Below are positions 43,491 to 52,714 of a stretch of DNA of 64,000 nt, piece by piece. The first letter of the stretch is position 1; each line of letters starts with the position of its first letter. Below the pieces are notes generated by a model that saw only the letters and a list, made by a program, of their open reading frames with translations, searched no databases and had not been told where the DNA came from. The position numbers were made by a program, and so were the translations under genes. This DNA is from Candidatus Vogelbacteria bacterium (GTDB taxonomy: Bacteria > Patescibacteriota > Minisyncoccia > Phycocordibacterales > XYD1-FULL-46-19): the NCBI GenBank assembly GCA_903864935.1, contig CAIPHT010000017.1:16096-80095 (forward strand), given 5' to 3'.

Positions 43491-44394
43491 TTCTCTTGTC
43501 CCGTTTAAACCAGGTTAGCTGGCGTTTACTGTATTTTACTATCTCTCGATAAAGTTGCTCGATCATCTCCTGTTTGGTAATTTTTCCGCCAGCTGGCGGA
43601 TGCAAAAAGCGTGACACATGGCGATATTCTAAACCTAAATTCTCAAGGCGCTTCCACGACACACCATTCTGGTGTATTTTTTTTACCTCAGCCACCATCC
43701 CACTCTTAATTCTCTCAACTAGGCGTTTATAGATTTTTTTGTTTAATTTTTCTTGGTCAATTTTAATACCGATAATTTCAAAATCATATTGTGAATTGCG
43801 AAGTCCAACTTCGGGCTCTCTTGAAGTTGGACTTCTCAATTCAGGCACCTTGCCCAATTTTTTGGCAATTTCAATCGCTCGAATTAATCTAACCGGATTT
43901 TGGCTATCAATAGTCTTGGCTCGCGCTGAGTCTAGTTTTTTAAGCATAGCAAAAAGTTGAGCGGGAGTTTTTTTGCTTAGCTCAGACCGAAGTTTTTTGT
44001 TCGGCTCAACCTCAGGCAAAACAAGGTTGTCAACGACCGCCTGAATATAGAAGCCGGTACCGCCGACAATAATCGGTGTCTTGCCTCGAGCGATAATTTC
44101 TTTGATTTTCTTATCAGCCAGCTTTTTGAAATCCGAGACGGTAAAAACTTTTTTGGGGCTTATCACATCAAGCAAGTGGTGGGGGATGCCGGCCATCTCC
44201 TTCTTGGTGACTTTGCCACTGCCTATATCTAAGCCCTTATAGACTTGTCTGGAGTCAGCGCTAATAATCTCACCCCCTACCTTCTTCGCCAGTTTGATAG
44301 AATAGGCGGTCTTACCACTAGCCGTCGGTCCGACGATAACGTAGATTTGAGGCCTATTCTTGGGTGTTTTTACTGGATTGATTTTCTCTCTCAT
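43432..44394 (-). CDS. miaA: tRNA dimethylallyltransferase
   Basis: P-loop GPTASGKT. The conserved segments SADSRQVYKGLDIGS..K, HHLLD and VGGTGFY..A are those of MiaA. Confidence 0.9.
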   Translation of the reverse strand: MREKINPVKTPKNRPQIYVIVGPTASGKTAYSIKLAKKVGGEIISADSRQVYKGLDIGSGKVTKKEMAGIPHHLLDVISPKKVFTVSDFKKLADKKIKEIIARGKTPIIVGGTGFYIQAVVDNLVLPEVEPNKKLRSELSKKTPAQLFAMLKKLDSARAKTIDSQNPVRLIRAIEIAKKLGKVPELRSPTSREPEVGLRNSQYDFEIIGIKIDQEKLNKKIYKRLVERIKSGMVAEVKKIHQNGVSWKRLENLGLEYRHVSRFLHPPAGGKITKQEMIEQLYREIVKYSKRQLTWFKRDKRIRWQELTQDCPNLPSLRDK

Positions 44395-44430
44395 ATCGTT
44401 TAAAATAAACCTAGTTCACTAAATAAGCAA

Positions 44431-44514
44431 GCCGAAGTGGCGGAATTGGTAGACGCGCACGACTCAAAATCGTGTATCGCAAGATGTGAGAGTTCGATTC
44501 TCTCCTTCGGCACC
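44431..44514 (+). tRNA. tRNA-Leu (anticodon CAA), class II with long variable arm
   Basis: GCCGAAG-TG-GCGG-AATTGGTAGA-CGCG-CACGA-CTCAAAA-TCGTG-long arm-GAGAGTTCGATTCTCTC-CTTCGGC-A. Confidence 0.85.
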
Positions 44515-44519
44515 CACAT

Positions 44520-45497
44520 ATGTCAAATAATTACGAAGATCACATCTTCCTTATTGAGGTTGATAAAATTAAACCTAATCCTTATCAACCAAGGCGTGAA
44601 TTCAACGAAGAGCGTTTGCGAGATTTGGCTGACTCTATTAAGCAATATGGCGTCCTTCAGCCCCTCGTTGTCACGAGAAAGGAGGTGGAGCGCGAGGATG
44701 GTAGCCTCTATACCGAATACGAAATCATCGCCGGTGAGCGCCGTTGGCGTGCCTCGAAGTTGGCCGGCTTACCACAAGTCCCTGCCATTATCCGCACGGG
44801 CGAACAGAGCGACAAAGAGAAGTTGGAGCTAGCTATTATTGAGAATCTCCAACGTGAGGATTTGAATTCGGTTGACCGCGCCCAAGCTTTTGCTCGCTTG
44901 GTTTCGGAATTTGGCTTATCTCATGGCGAGGTGGGCAAACGTGTCGGCCGCAGTCGTGAGTATGTCTCGAACACCATTCGCATTCTCAATTTGCCTCAAG
45001 AAATTTTGACAGCCTTGGTCGCGGGTCAGATTGCCGAGGGTCACACCAAGCCACTCTTGATGCTGGCCGATCACCCCGAAGAACAAATCACCGTCTTCAA
45101 AGAGATTATGATTAAGAGGCTTACGGTGCGTGACACCGAGTCCATCGCCCGGCGTATTGCCTATGATCGGGTGCGCAAGAAGGAGACTTTTGTTGAGCCC
45201 GAGATCATTGAGCTCGAGAGCAAATTAACCGAGAAATATGGCAATCGAGTGAAGGTGGAGTCTAAGGGCGACACCGGCGGGCGAATTATGATTGACTTTA
45301 CTTCGTCCGACGAGCTGCGCCGCATCCTCTCCATGCTTGAGCAAGGTGGCCCGTCAAGTGTCATTGATATCCCCCTTACTGGTTTGGCCCCAGAGGAGGC
45401 GAGTCAAGAAATTAATATCGCCGAGACGAAGCCCGGACAAGAGGCCGAGCTTGAAGAGCCCGAGGACCTCTACTTCATTAAGAATTTTTCTCTTTAA
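44520..45497 (+). CDS. parB: chromosome partitioning protein ParB/Spo0J
   Basis: The I.P...QPR, GVLQP..V, GERRWRA and I.ENLQRE.L motifs are present. Confidence 0.9.
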   Translation: MSNNYEDHIFLIEVDKIKPNPYQPRREFNEERLRDLADSIKQYGVLQPLVVTRKEVEREDGSLYTEYEIIAGERRWRASKLAGLPQVPAIIRTGEQSDKEKLELAIIENLQREDLNSVDRAQAFARLVSEFGLSHGEVGKRVGRSREYVSNTIRILNLPQEILTALVAGQIAEGHTKPLLMLADHPEEQITVFKEIMIKRLTVRDTESIARRIAYDRVRKKETFVEPEIIELESKLTEKYGNRVKVESKGDTGGRIMIDFTSSDELRRILSMLEQGGPSSVIDIPLTGLAPEEASQEINIAETKPGQEAELEEPEDLYFIKNFSL

Positions 45498-46951
45498 ATT
45501 TTGTTCGTTAGGAGATAGTTGCGGATATGTCTTTTGGCATCTGTCGTTTTGGTGAAGTCGAGCCACTTCTTAGAGGGCTTACTGTTTTTACTGGTGGCAA
45601 TTTCTACTAAGTCGCCATTTTTTAATTTGGTATCAAGGCTAGACATTTTTTTATTAACTTTAGCCCCGAAGGCGTGGTGGCCGATATCGGAGTGGATGGC
45701 ATAAGCAAAATCAATGGGGGTGGCATTCTTGGGCAATTCTACAACTTCGCCCTTGGGGGTGAAGACAAAAATACGCTCATGAACTAGGCGGTCTTTCACA
45801 AAAGAGATAAACTCAGTGTCATCCTTAAGGTGCTTCTGCCATTCAATCAACTCTTCAACCCAGGCCATATCCTTGGTTATTTTTTCACCAATTGTTCCAT
45901 TTTTTTTATTTTTCTTACCTTGTTCATCGTAGACGACGTGTGAGGCAATACCGTATTCGGCTTCATTTTGCATTTGCTCGGTTCTTATTTGAATTTCTAA
46001 AGCATTGCCGTCACCAGTAAAAATTGAAGTGTGGATACTCTGATAACCGTTTGGCTTAGGGTTGGCAATATAATCCTTGAGTCGCCCAGGGATAGGGCGC
46101 CAGAGATTATGTATAACACCAAGAGCTTGATAACATTCGTCGTTGGTCTTTACGATCACGCGGAGGGCCGAGATATCATAGATCTCGTCCATGTCCATAT
46201 TTTTGCGGAGAAGTTTGGTGTAGAGGCTATAGAGATATTTGATGCGGTAGTCGATAACAAAATCTTTTAAACCGCGAGCTGATAATTCTTTTTGTAGAGT
46301 GCGATAAATTTTTTCCAAACGTTTAATTGTCTCCTTACCTTTTGTCTTTCTTAGGGCAACAACTTTTTGATAATCATCGGGAAAAGCATAAGGGAAACTG
46401 GCATCCTCAAGCATACCCTTAAGACGCCAAACACCGAGGCGGTTGGCGAGTGGGGCATAAATCTCTAGTGTTTCTAAAGCGATACGTTTTTGTTTGTCTG
46501 CTGGTAGGTGGTTTAGGGTTCGCACGTTGTGAAGGCGGTCAGCCAGACGAATCATAATAATACGAATATCCTCGGCCATGGCGACGAAGAGTTTGCGCAA
46601 ACTCTCGGCGTGACGATTGGTCCCGCGATATTTGAGAGCACCAAGCTTGGTTACTCCCTCCACCATGAAGGCAATTTGTTTGCTAAATTCACGCTCGATA
46701 TCTGCCAGCGTGACTTCGGTATCTTCAACGGTGTCGTGCAAGAGACCGGCGGCAATAGTCTCGGCGTCAGCTTTAAACTCGGCCAATATGAGGGCGGTAT
46801 TAAAAGGGTGGATAATATAAGGCTCACCTGAGGCCCGCTTCTTTTCGCCGTGCGCTTTATCAGCAAAAGCAAACGCCTTTAAAATAAGCGCTTTGTCAGC
46901 GTCGCTTGGGTCTCTCATTAGGGCAATGATTTCTTTCGGATTTATCTCCAT
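45494..46951 (-). CDS. rel: short RelA/SpoT-family (p)ppGpp synthetase/hydrolase with HD, synthetase and TGS domains but no ACT/C-terminal domain
   Basis: HD motif (HDTVEDT). Synthetase segment YQSIHT..G...EIQIRT. TGS-like C-terminus (VFTPKGEVVELPKNATPIDFAY). Confidence 0.85.
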   Translation of the reverse strand: MEINPKEIIALMRDPSDADKALILKAFAFADKAHGEKKRASGEPYIIHPFNTALILAEFKADAETIAAGLLHDTVEDTEVTLADIEREFSKQIAFMVEGVTKLGALKYRGTNRHAESLRKLFVAMAEDIRIIMIRLADRLHNVRTLNHLPADKQKRIALETLEIYAPLANRLGVWRLKGMLEDASFPYAFPDDYQKVVALRKTKGKETIKRLEKIYRTLQKELSARGLKDFVIDYRIKYLYSLYTKLLRKNMDMDEIYDISALRVIVKTNDECYQALGVIHNLWRPIPGRLKDYIANPKPNGYQSIHTSIFTGDGNALEIQIRTEQMQNEAEYGIASHVVYDEQGKKNKKNGTIGEKITKDMAWVEELIEWQKHLKDDTEFISFVKDRLVHERIFVFTPKGEVVELPKNATPIDFAYAIHSDIGHHAFGAKVNKKMSSLDTKLKNGDLVEIATSKNSKPSKKWLDFTKTTDAKRHIRNYLLTNKI

Positions 46952-46978
46952 TGCCTCTAAAATAGCACAAAAGGGAAT

Positions 46979-49147
46979 TTATTTCATCCGATGGGGATTA
47001 TGATTGGCGCAAGTTTTATTAGAGCAACGCTCAGGGATAGTTTTTGTCCCCTCCATCATTAGGGACCCACACTCGGGACAAATTCGGCCCGTTGGTTTGG
47101 ATTTAATAATGTTCTTGCACTTGGGATAATTCGAACAGCCGTAGAAGACGCCAAAGCGACCGCGCTTTTCCACCATCGTCCCCACTTTGCAGATTGGGCA
47201 CTCCACACCCGTGTCGCCCTGTTTCTCTTGCCCTTCGATCACCGCATCTTTCTTAATATATTTACACTTTGGATATTTCGAACAAGCGACAAAACGGCCA
47301 AACTTGCCATCGCGCTCGACAAGGTCACCACCACAGTCGGGACATTGCTCGCCGGTTAATTTTGGGCCTTCTAATTCTTTGCCTTCGAAGGTTAGAGCCC
47401 CGTCACAATCAGGGAATTTCGAACAGCTAAAGAATTTGCCACTCTTGGCAAGTTTGATGATCATCGAAGAGCCACATTTCGGGCACTTCATATCCTTAGG
47501 GGCCTCGCCGAGGTTGGTAATTTTCTCAATTTTCTTTTTGCTGGCGATATCTTTGGTAAATGGGGTGTAGAAATCTTTAAGCGTTTTAACATAATCACGT
47601 TTGCCTTCGGCAATCTCATCAAGATTATCCTCCATCTCCGCCGTGAAGCTATCGCTAATATAATCAGCAAAATATTGGCTCAAGAAATCGCTCACCACCT
47701 CACCCGTGTCTGTCGGTTTAAGAGCCTTATTATCTTTAATAACATAACCACGATCCTGAATCGTTTTAATAATGGCGGCATAAGTACTTGGGCGACCAAT
47801 ACCACGCTTTTCTAATTCTTTAACCAAACCGGCTTCTGTATAGCGGTGAGGCGGTTCGGTTTCTTTACCAGTGGAGTTCACTTCTAAGAGTTTGAGCGGG
47901 TCGCCCTTCTCAAGTTTAGGCAAATCAATTTCTTCACCACGGGCTTCGGGGTCGGCCTTAAGCCAACCGTCGAAGAGAACGCGAGAACCAGAAGTTTCAA
48001 AAACGGGGATCTCTTTGTTGTCAGCAACCGCCGTAATCTTGGTACGCAAACTCTCAGCATCAGCCATCTGGCTCGCAACAGTACGTTGCCAGATAAGCTC
48101 ATAAAGTTTTTTCTCTTGTGGACTAGTACCAGCCGAGATAATTGTTGAGTGGGTTGGGCGAATAGCTTCGTGGGCTTCTTGAGCATTCTTGCTCTTAGTC
48201 TTGAATTGCTTTGGGTCAGAATAATTATCACCGAATCTTTTTTTAATGACACCCGTAATTTCGTCGACAGCTTGCTGTCCAAGGGTCGTGCTATCGGTAC
48301 GCATGTAAGAAATATGACCCGCTTCATAAAGTTTCTGAGCGAGACGCATAGTAATACTTGGCGCATAACCTAAGCGCGAAGAAGCGGCCTGTTGCAAGGT
48401 GGAGGTGGTGAAGGGGGCGCGAGCCGAACGTTTGGCTTTGGTCTCCTCAATACTCTCCACTTGCCAATCAGCCTTCTTGGCTCGTTCGACAATATCTGTG
48501 GCCTCTTTTTCTGTCTTAGGTTCAATTGAACAATGGAAGGGGATTTGGTTTTTCTTCTTATCCTCGAAGAGAGCATCAATCACCCAATATGCTTCGGGGA
48601 TGAAGGCCCGAATTTCTTTTTCTTTCTCGACGATTAAACGTAGGGCGGGGGATTGCACCCGGCCGGCCGAGAGGCCATAGCGCACCTTCTGCCAGATAAG
48701 CGCCGAGAGATCGTAACCAAAGAGACGGTCTAAGACACGTCGGGCTTCTTGAGCGACACGCAAATTGGTATCGATCACGCGTGGATGCTTCATTGCTTCT
48801 TGCACGGCCTCCTTAGTAATTTCGTGGAAGGCTATACGCTTGGGATTCTTTAATTTGAGGGTCTGCTCTAGATGCCAAGCAATCGCCTCACCTTCGCGGT
48901 CGGGGTCAGTGGCAAGCAAGACCTCGTCAGCTTTTTTGGTTAACTTCTTTAATTCTTCAATGACATGTTCCTTGCCTTTGCTGATCTCGTAATGGGGGAC
49001 GAAACCGCCAGAAATATCGATAGCATTCTTGTTAGATTTTGGAAGATCACGAATATGCCCAACACTCGCTCGCACGGTATAGGCATTATCTAAATACTTG
49101 GCAATAGTCTTGGCTTTTGCCGGTGATTCTACTATGAGGAGCTTCAT
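46979..49147 (-). CDS. topA: DNA topoisomerase I with three C-terminal zinc ribbons
   Basis: TOPRIM N-terminus MKLLIVESPAKAKTI. The start is moved from the track start at 49168 to the Met at 49147. Active-site region ...HISYMRTDS... C-terminal CxxC..CxxC repeats. Confidence 0.9.
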   Translation of the reverse strand: MKLLIVESPAKAKTIAKYLDNAYTVRASVGHIRDLPKSNKNAIDISGGFVPHYEISKGKEHVIEELKKLTKKADEVLLATDPDREGEAIAWHLEQTLKLKNPKRIAFHEITKEAVQEAMKHPRVIDTNLRVAQEARRVLDRLFGYDLSALIWQKVRYGLSAGRVQSPALRLIVEKEKEIRAFIPEAYWVIDALFEDKKKNQIPFHCSIEPKTEKEATDIVERAKKADWQVESIEETKAKRSARAPFTTSTLQQAASSRLGYAPSITMRLAQKLYEAGHISYMRTDSTTLGQQAVDEITGVIKKRFGDNYSDPKQFKTKSKNAQEAHEAIRPTHSTIISAGTSPQEKKLYELIWQRTVASQMADAESLRTKITAVADNKEIPVFETSGSRVLFDGWLKADPEARGEEIDLPKLEKGDPLKLLEVNSTGKETEPPHRYTEAGLVKELEKRGIGRPSTYAAIIKTIQDRGYVIKDNKALKPTDTGEVVSDFLSQYFADYISDSFTAEMEDNLDEIAEGKRDYVKTLKDFYTPFTKDIASKKKIEKITNLGEAPKDMKCPKCGSSMIIKLAKSGKFFSCSKFPDCDGALTFEGKELEGPKLTGEQCPDCGGDLVERDGKFGRFVACSKYPKCKYIKKDAVIEGQEKQGDTGVECPICKVGTMVEKRGRFGVFYGCSNYPKCKNIIKSKPTGRICPECGSLMMEGTKTIPERCSNKTCANHNPHRMK

Positions 49148-49239
49148 ATAATGGTTATAGTGTAGCAAGTATTAGCCTTCTTGTCACAATTTGTCAAATT
49201 GGGGATTGTTTTTGCTGTTTATTTTTTGTAAACTAAATA

Positions 49240-49530
49240 TCAGAGGTCGACTGTCGGGAATGTCTCCCGCCGGCCGATCCAACTGCTAAACATGATGGAG
49301 GAATTTGTCATGGGAACGCAGCGGCGTCTTGTTCTGGCCAGCTTCGTCGCATAGGGTATTGAAAAGAACCCACCTAACTACGCCTTTCTTTGGTGTAGAT
49401 AGGCCCCGGTGCGAGCCCGGGTGGCGAAGGTTTGGCAAAAATGTTTTAGGGAGGCAGGCACTTTGGACCTGCGCATCCCGCCACCGGCGTGCCGTTCCTA
49501 TTGGATTCGGCGCGCCTCTTTTTTTTATAA
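49240..49530. ncRNA. GC-rich structured intergenic island of about 290 nt, a candidate small RNA of unassigned class
   Basis: Sharp local GC rise in a 434-nt AT-rich intergenic region between topA and the PaaX-like gene. Many short complementary GC blocks (ggccccggtgcgagcccgggtggc etc.). Ends in ggcgcgcctcttttttttat. Track ORFs on both strands (49286..49546 minus, 49305..49598 plus) are Arg-rich and unconvincing. No match recognised by eye to RNase P, tmRNA, SRP or 6S. Confidence 0.3.
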
Positions 49531-49555
49531 AATTATCAAAAGTCATATCAATTGA

Positions 49556-49590
49556 CGCTAACTATATTTTCACGGTCGTGAATAATTTGT
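49556..49590. promoter_or_regulatory. Left flanking element of the PaaX-like gene: CTAACTATATT followed by the imperfect palindrome TTCACGGTCGTGAA
   Basis: taactatattttcacggtcgtgaataatttgttag. The palindrome core is at 49569-49582. Confidence 0.6.
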
Positions 49591-49602
49591 TAGAATAACA
49601 AG

Positions 49603-50166
49603 ATGAAGTTTAGTTTAAAACTTAAGCCAAGCGAATTGGAATCAGGCGAGCTGAGTATACCTCTTGCTGTTCTCGCCGTAATCGCTGTCTCTGGTATTAT
49701 GGCAACAGCTTCTGTGGCTCCTGGAGTGATGCCTCTTCTTAAATATTTAAAAAAGAAAAGAAAAATATATCCCTCGCATATAAACTCCTGCCTAGATCGG
49801 CTGATTAAAAATGGGTTAATTCATAAAAAGGATGGTAAATTGTCTTTAACCACAAAAGGTGAACTACGCTTATCAAAATATCAAGAAGAACTTTCCCCAA
49901 GCAGAAGAAAATGGGATAAAAAATGGCGAATTGTGATTTTTGATATTTGGGAAAAGAGTCGCAAGAAGAGAGACTTTTTGCGGAATGAATTATCCGACTT
50001 CGGTTTTGTTAAATTGCAGAATAGCGTTTGGGTGACCCCTTATGATTGTGAAGAGTATGTTAATTTATTAAAAACGGATATCGGGATTGGTCGGGGAGTT
50101 GTTTATATAATAGCCGATAAAATTGATAACGAACTCGTTCTCAAAAAGATATTTGGTTTAGTTTAG
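49603..50166 (+). CDS. PaaX-like winged-helix transcriptional regulator
   Basis: wHTH-like SCLDRLIKNGLIHKKDGKLSLTTKG, followed by WDKKWRIVIFDIWEKSRKKRDFLRNELSDFGFVKLQNSVWVTP. That second segment parallels the WDG.W..L.......R..L...L...GFG.L..S....P segment of PaaX family proteins. Confidence 0.5.
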   Translation: MKFSLKLKPSELESGELSIPLAVLAVIAVSGIMATASVAPGVMPLLKYLKKKRKIYPSHINSCLDRLIKNGLIHKKDGKLSLTTKGELRLSKYQEELSPSRRKWDKKWRIVIFDIWEKSRKKRDFLRNELSDFGFVKLQNSVWVTPYDCEEYVNLLKTDIGIGRGVVYIIADKIDNELVLKKIFGLV

Positions 50167-50167
50167 T

Positions 50168-50202
50168 CACTAACTATATTCTCACGACCGTGAAAAAATA
50201 GT
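50168..50202. promoter_or_regulatory. Right flanking element of the PaaX-like gene: CTAACTATATT followed by CTCACGACCGTGAA, the inverted core
   Basis: taactatattctcacgaccgtgaaaaaatagttag. Shares the 11-nt direct repeat CTAACTATATT with the left element. Confidence 0.6.
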
Positions 50203-50232
50203 TAGTCATTTAAAAATGAATTGATCTTATTT

Positions 50233-51159
50233 TTAAGCCAACCTTACTTCGCCCATGGATTCCTTAATTATGCCTTTAATCTCCATGGTGGAGAGGATGA
50301 TATTAGCTTCGCTGGCGGAGAGTTCGGCCACTTCGATAAGCTCATCGCGGGGGAAGGAGTCGGTCTCTAAGATATCAACAATTTTTTGTTCGATGGGGGA
50401 GAGGTCGAGGAAGAGGCGACCTTGCTTTTCTCTTTCTTTCTCATCAGTATTGAAGCCGAGCGCTTGGAGTAAGTTCTCACTTTTATTAATGGGCATGGCG
50501 CCTTGGCGGATTAAACTATTAGCACCACGAGAAGATGGAGAGAAGATAGAGCCCGGCACGACGAGAACATCTCGATTGTATTCCATCGCGAGGCGCGCGG
50601 TGATAAGGGTGCCCGATTTCTCCCCCGCCTCTATTATAAGAGTGGCATGAGAGAGCCCCGCCATAATGCGATTGCGCCTTGGGAAGGTGTGGAGGCCGGC
50701 GGGGCACTCGGGCTCAAGTTCGGACAAGAGACATCCCCCTCGTTCTATTATCTCGTCGGCTAAGCGATGGTTGGTAAAAGGGTGGAGAACATTGCGACTG
50801 GTGCCCGAGCCAGGGACGGCGATGGTTAGCAAATTATTTTTAAGCGCGCTCTGGTGGGCGATAGTGTCGATACCTAAAGCAAGTCCGGAGACTATAACAA
50901 TGGGGTAGCCGGCGAGTCCAGCAATTAATTCTTCGCAAGCCTCTTTGCCATAACGGGAATATTTGCGCGAGCCAACCACGGCCAAGAATTTATATTCGTT
51001 ATCTCTGGGCAAATCCCCTTCTAGATATAGAAATTCTGGCGGGTCATTGATTTCCTTAAGCAAAGCGGGGAAGTCTTTTGGCTCTAATTTTTTGAATTTA
51101 GATTTCACTGATAAATATTTTAGCAAATTAAGAAATTTCTCGCACGATTTGCAAAACAA
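50233..51159 (-). CDS. dprA: DNA processing protein DprA (Smf)
   Basis: The core segment VVGSRKYSRYGKEACEELIAGLAGYPIVIVSGLALGIDTIAHQSAL...GTSRNVLHPFTNHRLA carries the GxGxD and nucleotide-binding-fold elements of the DprA/Smf core. Confidence 0.85.
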   Translation of the reverse strand: MFCKSCEKFLNLLKYLSVKSKFKKLEPKDFPALLKEINDPPEFLYLEGDLPRDNEYKFLAVVGSRKYSRYGKEACEELIAGLAGYPIVIVSGLALGIDTIAHQSALKNNLLTIAVPGSGTSRNVLHPFTNHRLADEIIERGGCLLSELEPECPAGLHTFPRRNRIMAGLSHATLIIEAGEKSGTLITARLAMEYNRDVLVVPGSIFSPSSRGANSLIRQGAMPINKSENLLQALGFNTDEKEREKQGRLFLDLSPIEQKIVDILETDSFPRDELIEVAELSASEANIILSTMEIKGIIKESMGEVRLA

Positions 51160-51219
51160 TTTAGTCTTCGGCTATAATAATGAGCGGATTACAACTCAAA
51201 CATAAGGAGTGATTGCACT

Positions 51220-51339
51220 ATGGATACCGAGGAGAAGGATGTTCTGCCAGTAAGTGAATCTGAACCACTGTCGGTTAAGGTCACAAAAGACGCCGTCCCT
51301 GGTCCCAACCCCGACGAGGAGACCGAGGGCCGTTTGTAA
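51220..51339 (+). CDS. small GC-rich acidic ORF (39 aa) between a sigma70-like promoter and serS; possibly a leader peptide or an artefact
   Basis: Promoter TTGCAA, 18-nt spacer, TATAAT at 51149-51178. TAAGGAG RBS. Followed by hairpin CCCGC-tca-GCGGG and T7 at 51368-51397. Confidence 0.3.
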   Translation: MDTEEKDVLPVSESEPLSVKVTKDAVPGPNPDEETEGRL

Positions 51340-51448
51340 TGATGACCTCTTGCTCTCATGCCTCCGTCCCGCTCAGCGGGCCGGGGGCGCTTTTTTTCTT
51401 CCTTATTATTTGCTATCATTAAATCAATCAATTAATCCACTATATATT

Positions 51449-52711
51449 ATGTTAGACATCAAATTCATTCGAGAGAATAAGGACCTCATTAACGAAGCCG
51501 CCCGCAAGAAGCGCTTAGACTTCAAGGTTGAAGAATTGCTTAAGATTGACGAAGAACGAGTTAAGGTTGTCTCAAGAGTTGATGAACTTCGTCGCCAGCA
51601 GAATGAAGCGAGTGATGGTATTGCCCGTGCCGAAGGAGATGAGAAAGCCAAGCTGATTGAGACAATTTCTAGCGTTAAGGGCGAACTCCAGCAAAAGGAA
51701 GAAGAGCTTAAGGAGATAATGAAGGCGTGGCAAGGTCAAATGCTCTTGGTGCCCAACATCCCCGATATTAGTGTGCCCGAGGGTGATGATGATTCTGGCA
51801 ATCAAGAGGTGAAGGTTTGGGGCGATATTCGCAAATTTGATTTCATCCCTAAGGATCATGTGGAGTTAATGACGAATCTTAAGTTGGCCGAGTTTGATCG
51901 TGGTACCAAAGTGGCCGGCTTCAGAGGTTATTTTCTTAAGAATGAAGCAGCTGAGCTCTCCATGGCGCTTTGGCACTATGCCATGAGCGTAGCGCGCGAG
52001 GATGGCTATACCCCACTTATGGCCCCGATTATTGACCGTCCGGAGATGTTTATGGGCACCGGTTACTTGCCGCAAGGTGAAGAAGATCTCTACAAGACAC
52101 AAGATGGCGAATATTTGGCTGGTACGGCCGAAGTGCCAACCATGGGTTATTATTTTGACGAAGTGATTCCGCGCGAGCACTTGCCGATTAAATTTGTCGC
52201 CTTCTCCCCTTGTTATCGTCGTGAAGCGGGGAGCCATGGCAAAGATACCAAGGGGCTTATCCGTGTGCACGAATTTTATAAAGTAGAGCAAGTGGTCTTG
52301 TGCGAGGCAAGTCATGAGGAGAGTGTGAAGTATCACGAAGCGATTCTCTCCAACGCCGAGAAAATTATGCAAGGTCTGGAGATTCCTTATCACGTCGTGG
52401 TCAATTGTACTGGTGACCTTGGTCAAGGTCAGGTGAAGAAATATGATATTGAGGCTTGGGTGCCATCAGAGAATAAATATCGTGAGACTCACTCCATCTC
52501 TTACTTCCATGACTTCCAAACTCGTCGTTCGAATATTAGATATAAAGATGCTGAAGGTAAAATGCGACTTACTCATTCTCTAAACGGCACGGCTCTGGCC
52601 TCGCCACGTATTCTCGTGGCTCTTCTTGAAAATAACCAACAAGCCGATGGCTCCATCTTGATTCCTAAAGTTCTCCAGCCTTATATGGGTGGGCGCACTG
52701 TTATCAAATAA
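51449..52711 (+). CDS. serS: seryl-tRNA synthetase
   Basis: Start MLDIKFIRENKDLI (the track start at 51254 is rejected). N-terminal coiled-coil arm. The class II motifs around FRRE, GSHGKDTKGL.RVHEF and a C-terminal GGRT-like segment are present. Confidence 0.9.
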   Translation: MLDIKFIRENKDLINEAARKKRLDFKVEELLKIDEERVKVVSRVDELRRQQNEASDGIARAEGDEKAKLIETISSVKGELQQKEEELKEIMKAWQGQMLLVPNIPDISVPEGDDDSGNQEVKVWGDIRKFDFIPKDHVELMTNLKLAEFDRGTKVAGFRGYFLKNEAAELSMALWHYAMSVAREDGYTPLMAPIIDRPEMFMGTGYLPQGEEDLYKTQDGEYLAGTAEVPTMGYYFDEVIPREHLPIKFVAFSPCYRREAGSHGKDTKGLIRVHEFYKVEQVVLCEASHEESVKYHEAILSNAEKIMQGLEIPYHVVVNCTGDLGQGQVKKYDIEAWVPSENKYRETHSISYFHDFQTRRSNIRYKDAEGKMRLTHSLNGTALASPRILVALLENNQQADGSILIPKVLQPYMGGRTVIK

Positions 52712-52714
52712 AAA

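Noticed and set aside
44437-44832. 131-aa plus-strand ORF overlapping tRNA-Leu and the start of parB
   Set aside because: It begins inside the tRNA and runs in an alternative frame of the well-supported parB, with no independent signal.
49240-49530. Specific assignment of the GC-rich island as RNase P RNA, tmRNA, SRP RNA or 6S RNA
   Set aside because: I looked for P4/CR-I/CR-V strings, a tRNA-like T-arm with a tag reading frame, and the SRP domain IV motif on both strands and found only weak partial resemblances (e.g. AAAAGAACCCACCUAA vs ACAGAACCCGGCUUA). None is convincing without a covariance-model scan.
51254-51448. Upstream extension of the serS ORF (MNLNHCRLRSQ...)
   Set aside because: Arg/Pro-rich translation of the GC-rich leader. 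SerRS homology begins at MLDIKFIREN (51449), which sits right after a TATATT box.
51340-51448. T-box riboswitch upstream of serS
   Set aside because: The conserved T-box sequence and specifier-loop architecture are not visible. The leader is too short (about 110 nt).
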